A DNA stretch of 64,000 nucleotides, from contig BTUM01000016.1 in assembly GCA_045863235.1 (NCBI GenBank), forward strand, positions 1 through 64,000, in the 5' to 3' direction. The notes beneath the pieces were generated by a model. It was given only the letters and a program-made list of their open reading frames with translations. It had not been told where the DNA came from and searched no databases. Source of the stretch: Candidatus Xenobia bacterium (GTDB taxonomy: Bacteria; Vulcanimicrobiota; Xenobia; Xenobiales; QWHO01). Made by a program: the position numbers and the translations under genes. Of this stretch, positions 60,332-64,000 are shown piece after piece; within the stretch, counting starts at the first letter, position 1, and every line of letters starts with the position of its first letter.

Positions 60332-61119
60332 TTCGTGTAGTAGATCCCGCTGTTGGGGTCTTTGTTGCGCTCAGAGATCACCTGGTGGCCGGGCCGATCA
60401 TTGTTGGAGCCGATGGTGCGGGTGCCGCCGGCGGCGGTAACGAGCTCCACGTGCCCGCGCGAGTGATTCATCCAGACGTCGCCCGGCTTGGCCTGGCTGG
60501 CCGGAATCCGGCGCCAGCCCTGCTTGATGAGGGCCTGCTCCATCGACTTGACGTTGACGTGATGGCCCTGCAGCTTGCCGGTGTTCTCCAAGAGCGAGCT
60601 GACAAAGTCGGCGCAATTGTTGGTCTGGCCGCCTGCGGCCGTGAATTTGGGCAGCTTGCCCTTGATGTCGATCGAGTTCTGGCCGATGAACTTTCGGCCC
60701 AGCTCGACCGCGTCGTTGCCGGAGTTGCCGCTAGGGGTCACGCTGCCAGCGCTGCCGGTGCTGCCCGAGCTGCCCACGCCCGAAGGAGAGCTCCCCCCAC
60801 CACCGCCGCCTCCGTTATTGAAGAGGGGCACGCCGGCCAGGCCGCCGGGAGCGATCCCGCTCTCGGAGGTGGCTCCCCCGCTGCCGCAGTTGGCGCAGCC
60901 TCCCCCGCCGCCCATTGCGCCCGACTGGCCGACCATCAGTCCCATCAGCATCCCGATCAGGTACTGCTGCATGTTGTACTGCTGCATCATAGCGCCATCG
61001 AGTCCCATCGGGCCGCCCAGGCGATTGACCGCCGCCCCCAACCCCATGGGCGCGTAACCGCTCATTTGGCTGAGATCTCCGGGGCCGCCCAGGGCCGTCA
61101 GTGCAGTGAGTGGGTCCAT
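60328..61119 (-). CDS. Gly/Met/Gln-rich protein with C-terminal NlpC/P60/CHAP-like domain
   Basis: AGGAGG RBS; NNCADFVSSLL (Cys), AKPGDVW, GHVELV (His), IGSN; no signal peptide. Confidence 0.75.
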   Translation of the reverse strand: MDPLTALTALGGPGDLSQMSGYAPMGLGAAVNRLGGPMGLDGAMMQQYNMQQYLIGMLMGLMVGQSGAMGGGGGCANCGSGGATSESGIAPGGLAGVPLFNNGGGGGGGSSPSGVGSSGSTGSAGSVTPSGNSGNDAVELGRKFIGQNSIDIKGKLPKFTAAGGQTNNCADFVSSLLENTGKLQGHHVNVKSMEQALIKQGWRRIPASQAKPGDVWMNHSRGHVELVTAAGGTRTIGSNNDRPGHQVISERNKDPNSGIYYTK

Positions 61120-61264
61120 CGGTCAACCTCCTTGTCGTGTCTGCATCTTACCACCTCGAGCAGGGCTCCCCCAAGTGGGCAGGTTAAGAAAATGAAACCG
61201 ATGTGAATTGTTTGTATCCGACTTGCGAACAGGGGAGGGCGCCAGTTGGCGAGAAGTGGGCCAT

Positions 61265-61404
61265 GCGTCGGGAGTTCGGGAAGCCGGTGAGAATCCGGCA
61301 CGGTTGCCGCCACTGTAAGCGAGGAGTCCGGAAGCGCCACTCTCCCGAGGGGAAGGCCTTCCAGGAGGGCACGGATCCGCGAAGTCAGGAGACCGGCCCG
61401 GCGC
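61265..61404 (+). ncRNA. Cobalamin riboswitch
   Basis: GGGAAgCCGGTGagAATCCGGcacgg..CCGCCACTGTAA..GCCACT..GGGAAGG..AGTCAGGAGACCGGCC B12 box; P1 GCGUCGGG/CCCGGCGC; upstream of btuFCD. Confidence 0.92.
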
Positions 61405-61479
61405 GCGACCAGCGGCCCCCTCCGGACAAGAGGCGGGCAGGGCGCCGCTGAGCCTGGAAGAGAGGCAGGGCGCCCCGAA

Positions 61480-62274
61480 ATGCGGTTCCTGAGCGCGCTG
61501 ATCGCGCTGACTCTGCTTTGCGGCTGCGCCTCCCCACCCCGAGCCTCCTCCGGGCCGGCCCAGCGCATCATCAGCCTGGTGCCCAGCCTGACCGAGGTCC
61601 TGTTTTCGCTGGGTGCCGGACCGCGCGTGGTCGGCGTGACGGCCAACGACCACTATCCCCCCGAGGTGGAGGAACTGCCCCGGGTGGGCGACATGGCCCC
61701 CGACTACGAGCGCATCCTGGCCCTGCAACCCGATCTGGTGGTGGCCGACCCGGGCATGCAGCCGCGTGAGATCACCCGCCTGCGCGAGCTCGGGCTGCCG
61801 GTCCTGAGCCTGCCCTCCCAGAGCCTGCAGGGTCTGCAGCGAGCCCTCGTCGAGTTGGGCAAGGCCACCGGCACCGAGGCCCGCAGCCGGGAGCTGCAGA
61901 GCCAGCTGGCAGGCCTGAAACCGCCCACCGGACCGGGAGTGCGAGTTTTCGTGGAAATCTGGGACAAACCGCTCATGACCACGGGGGGCGGCACGTTCGT
62001 GGACGAGCTGATTACCCTGGCCGGAGGTCGCAACGTCTACGCCGACCGCAAGCAGTACCCCAGCATCAGCGTGGAAGACCTGCTGCTACGCCAGCCCGAG
62101 GTGATCGTGCTGACAGTGAGCCGGGTGGAGGAGGCCCGCTCCCGCCCCGGCTGGGATCGCCTGGCCGCCGTGCAGAGCGGACGGGTGTACCGCATGGAGT
62201 CAGACCTCCTGGTGCGGCCCACCCTGCGGCTCCCACGAGCTGTGGAGCAGTTGGAAGGCTTTCTGAGACCATGA
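61480..62274 (+). CDS. btuF: Cobalamin ABC transporter substrate-binding lipoprotein
   Basis: Lipobox LCGC; RIISLVPSLTEVLFSLGAG.RVVGVT..DHYP, ERILALQPDLV, LAGGRNV. Confidence 0.88.
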   Translation: MRFLSALIALTLLCGCASPPRASSGPAQRIISLVPSLTEVLFSLGAGPRVVGVTANDHYPPEVEELPRVGDMAPDYERILALQPDLVVADPGMQPREITRLRELGLPVLSLPSQSLQGLQRALVELGKATGTEARSRELQSQLAGLKPPTGPGVRVFVEIWDKPLMTTGGGTFVDELITLAGGRNVYADRKQYPSISVEDLLLRQPEVIVLTVSRVEEARSRPGWDRLAAVQSGRVYRMESDLLVRPTLRLPRAVEQLEGFLRP

Positions 62275-63227
62275 TCGCCCGCCTGGGGGGCGTGATGCTG
62301 GCTGGATTGCTGGGGCTGGCCGTCTGCCTGGTACTGGCCGTCTCGCTGGGCAGCGTAAGCATCAACCTGCTCGACCTCAACGACGTGAGCCGGGCCATCC
62401 TGCGCGACATCCGCCTGCCGCGAGCGCTGCTGGGAGCCTGCGTGGGCGCCTGCCTGGCCAGCGCCGGGGTGGCCTTCCAGGCTCTCTTGCGCAACCCGCT
62501 GGCCGACCCCTACGTGGTGGGCGCCAGCTCGGGGGCGGCCCTGGGGGCGGCCCTGGCCATCCTGCTGGGACTCACCGCCGTGCTGCCCCTGGCCGCCTTC
62601 GCCGGGGCCGTGGGAGCCATGCTGTTCATCGTGCGCCTGGCCCGTATCGGAGGCGCCCTGCCGGTGGACACGTTCCTGCTGGCGGGCGTGGTGGTGGGAT
62701 CGTTCCTCTGGTCGCTGGTGAGCTTCATGCTCACCATGGCCCGCCAGGACATGGCCCGCATCGTGTTCTGGCTCATGGGCAGCCTGGCCGATGCGCGCTG
62801 GAGCCAGCTGCCGCTCATCCTCCCCTACCTGGTTCTGGGCCTGGGCGGGCTCTACTATGCGGCCCTGAGCCTGAACCTGCTGACCCTGGGCGAGGAGGCG
62901 GCCATCCCCCTCGGGCTGCCGGCCGAGCGCGCCAAGCTGTGGGTCTTGCTGGCGGCCACCCTGCTGACCGCGGCGGCCGTCTCGGTGAGCGGGCTGATCG
63001 GTTTTCTGGGTCTGATCGTGCCCCATCTTTGTCGGGGCCTGGTCGGGCCCGACCATCGCCTGTTGCTGCCTGCGGCCGCCCTTGGGGGGGCCATGTTCCT
63101 GGTCTTGTGCGATACCCTGGCACGCAGCCTGCGCTCCGGCCTGGAGCTGCCGGTGGGCGTGATCACCGCCCTGTTGGGGGCGCCATTCTTCTTCTGGCTG
63201 CTCTACAGCCGCCGGAGGCTTACGTGA
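62271..63227 (+). CDS. btuC: Cobalamin ABC transporter permease (FecCD family)
   Basis: IRLPRAL, FQALLRNPLADPYVVG.SSGA, FWLMGSL, GLIGFLGLIVPH, ELPVGVITALLGAPFF. Confidence 0.9.
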   Translation: MIARLGGVMLAGLLGLAVCLVLAVSLGSVSINLLDLNDVSRAILRDIRLPRALLGACVGACLASAGVAFQALLRNPLADPYVVGASSGAALGAALAILLGLTAVLPLAAFAGAVGAMLFIVRLARIGGALPVDTFLLAGVVVGSFLWSLVSFMLTMARQDMARIVFWLMGSLADARWSQLPLILPYLVLGLGGLYYAALSLNLLTLGEEAAIPLGLPAERAKLWVLLAATLLTAAAVSVSGLIGFLGLIVPHLCRGLVGPDHRLLLPAAALGGAMFLVLCDTLARSLRSGLELPVGVITALLGAPFFFWLLYSRRRLT

Positions 63228-64000
63228 GCCTGCGCGGCTCGGACCTGACCTGCAGCTACGGCTCCACCCTGGCCCTGAACAAGGTGTCCTTGCAGCTCGA
63301 GCCGGGCGAGCTGGTGGGAATTCTGGGGCCCAACGGCTCGGGCAAGTCCACCCTGCTCAAGGTGCTGGCCGGGGTGCTGCTCCCTGCCAGCGGACAGGTG
63401 CTGCTGGAGGAGCGGCCCCTGAGCGATTACCGGCGCCGCGAGCTGGCCTGCCGGCTGGCCTACGTCCCTCAGCAGGTGGAGCTGCCCTTTCCCTTTCGCT
63501 GCCGTGAGCTGGTCATGATGGGGCGCTACGCCCGCATGCGCGGCCCGGGACTGCAGGAGGGCGCCCACCTGGAGGCGGTGCGGCAAGCCATGCGGGCAAC
63601 CGGGGTGGAAGCGCTGGCCGAGCGACGCTTCGGCGAGCTTTCGGGGGGAGAGGCCCAGCGCGTGCGCATCGCCCAGGCCCTGGCCCAGGAGGGCCAGACG
63701 ATGCTGCTCGACGAGCCCACCTCCCACCTGGACGTGGCCTTCCAGCTAGAGCTGATGGGACTGCTGTCCTCCCTGGCGGCCCGGGGACAGGCTCTGGCGG
63801 CTTCCCTGCACGACCTCAACCTGGCGGCTCTGTTCTGCCACAGGCTGGTGCTGCTGAAGGCCGGCCAGGTGGTAGCTTCCGGCGTCCCGGCCGAGGTCCT
63901 TACGGTGGAGAGGCTCGAGCAGGCCTTTGGGGTGCGGTTGGAGGTGCAGCCCGGTCCCCCGGTCCGGGTCTTCGCCAGGAATCCGGAGCCGGTTGGGGAA
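63224..64000 (+). CDS. btuD: Cobalamin ABC transporter ATPase (runs off the window end)
   Basis: GTGA overlap; GPNGSGKSTLL, MGRY, LSGGEAQRVRIAQALAQ, LLDEPTSHLD, LHDLNLAA; no stop before 64000. Confidence 0.88.
   Translation, partial: MSLRGSDLTCSYGSTLALNKVSLQLEPGELVGILGPNGSGKSTLLKVLAGVLLPASGQVLLEERPLSDYRRRELACRLAYVPQQVELPFPFRCRELVMMGRYARMRGPGLQEGAHLEAVRQAMRATGVEALAERRFGELSGGEAQRVRIAQALAQEGQTMLLDEPTSHLDVAFQLELMGLLSSLAARGQALAASLHDLNLAALFCHRLVLLKAGQVVASGVPAEVLTVERLEQAFGVRLEVQPGPPVRVFARNPEPVGE

Overview
High-GC bacterial chromosomal window with about 55 genes and no rRNA, tRNA, CRISPR array or intact mobile element visible. An SLH-anchored beta-barrel, a minor-pilin cassette and many orphan proteins with disordered N-termini suggest a diderm Terrabacteria lineage such as Eremiobacterota/Vulcanimicrobiota; this is inference only. 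Recognisable content: a single-chain xanthine/aldehyde oxidase-family Mo enzyme coupled to a multicopper oxidase, ccdAB and vapBC toxin-antitoxin pairs, a patatin, a minor-pilin cassette, a sulfur-scavenging region (cysteine synthase-like enzyme, cysA-sbp-cysT-cysW, SphA barrel, arylsulfatase), kdpDE, dsbD, ku-ligC, a class D beta-lactamase with an ABC-F protein, and a cobalamin riboswitch ahead of btuFCD. Best leads: (1) a gene the ORF track splits, 54816-55100, which reads through an in-frame UGA at the first Cys position of a heavy-metal-binding motif (GMS-U-GAT-C) and has a SECIS-like hairpin, so it is a candidate exported HMA selenoprotein; (2) a dispersed set of signal-peptide-less effector-like genes (patatin, lethal-factor-like protease, harpin-like amidase, hydrophobic-hairpin proteins), several sharing an N-terminal [DE]-x-[VF]-x-[LP]-S motif; (3) 11-bp-phased GYAAC-like repeats upstream of several of these genes, suggesting a common regulon. 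Many genes look leaderless and two appear to start at CTG. All calls come from reading motifs; no database searches were run.
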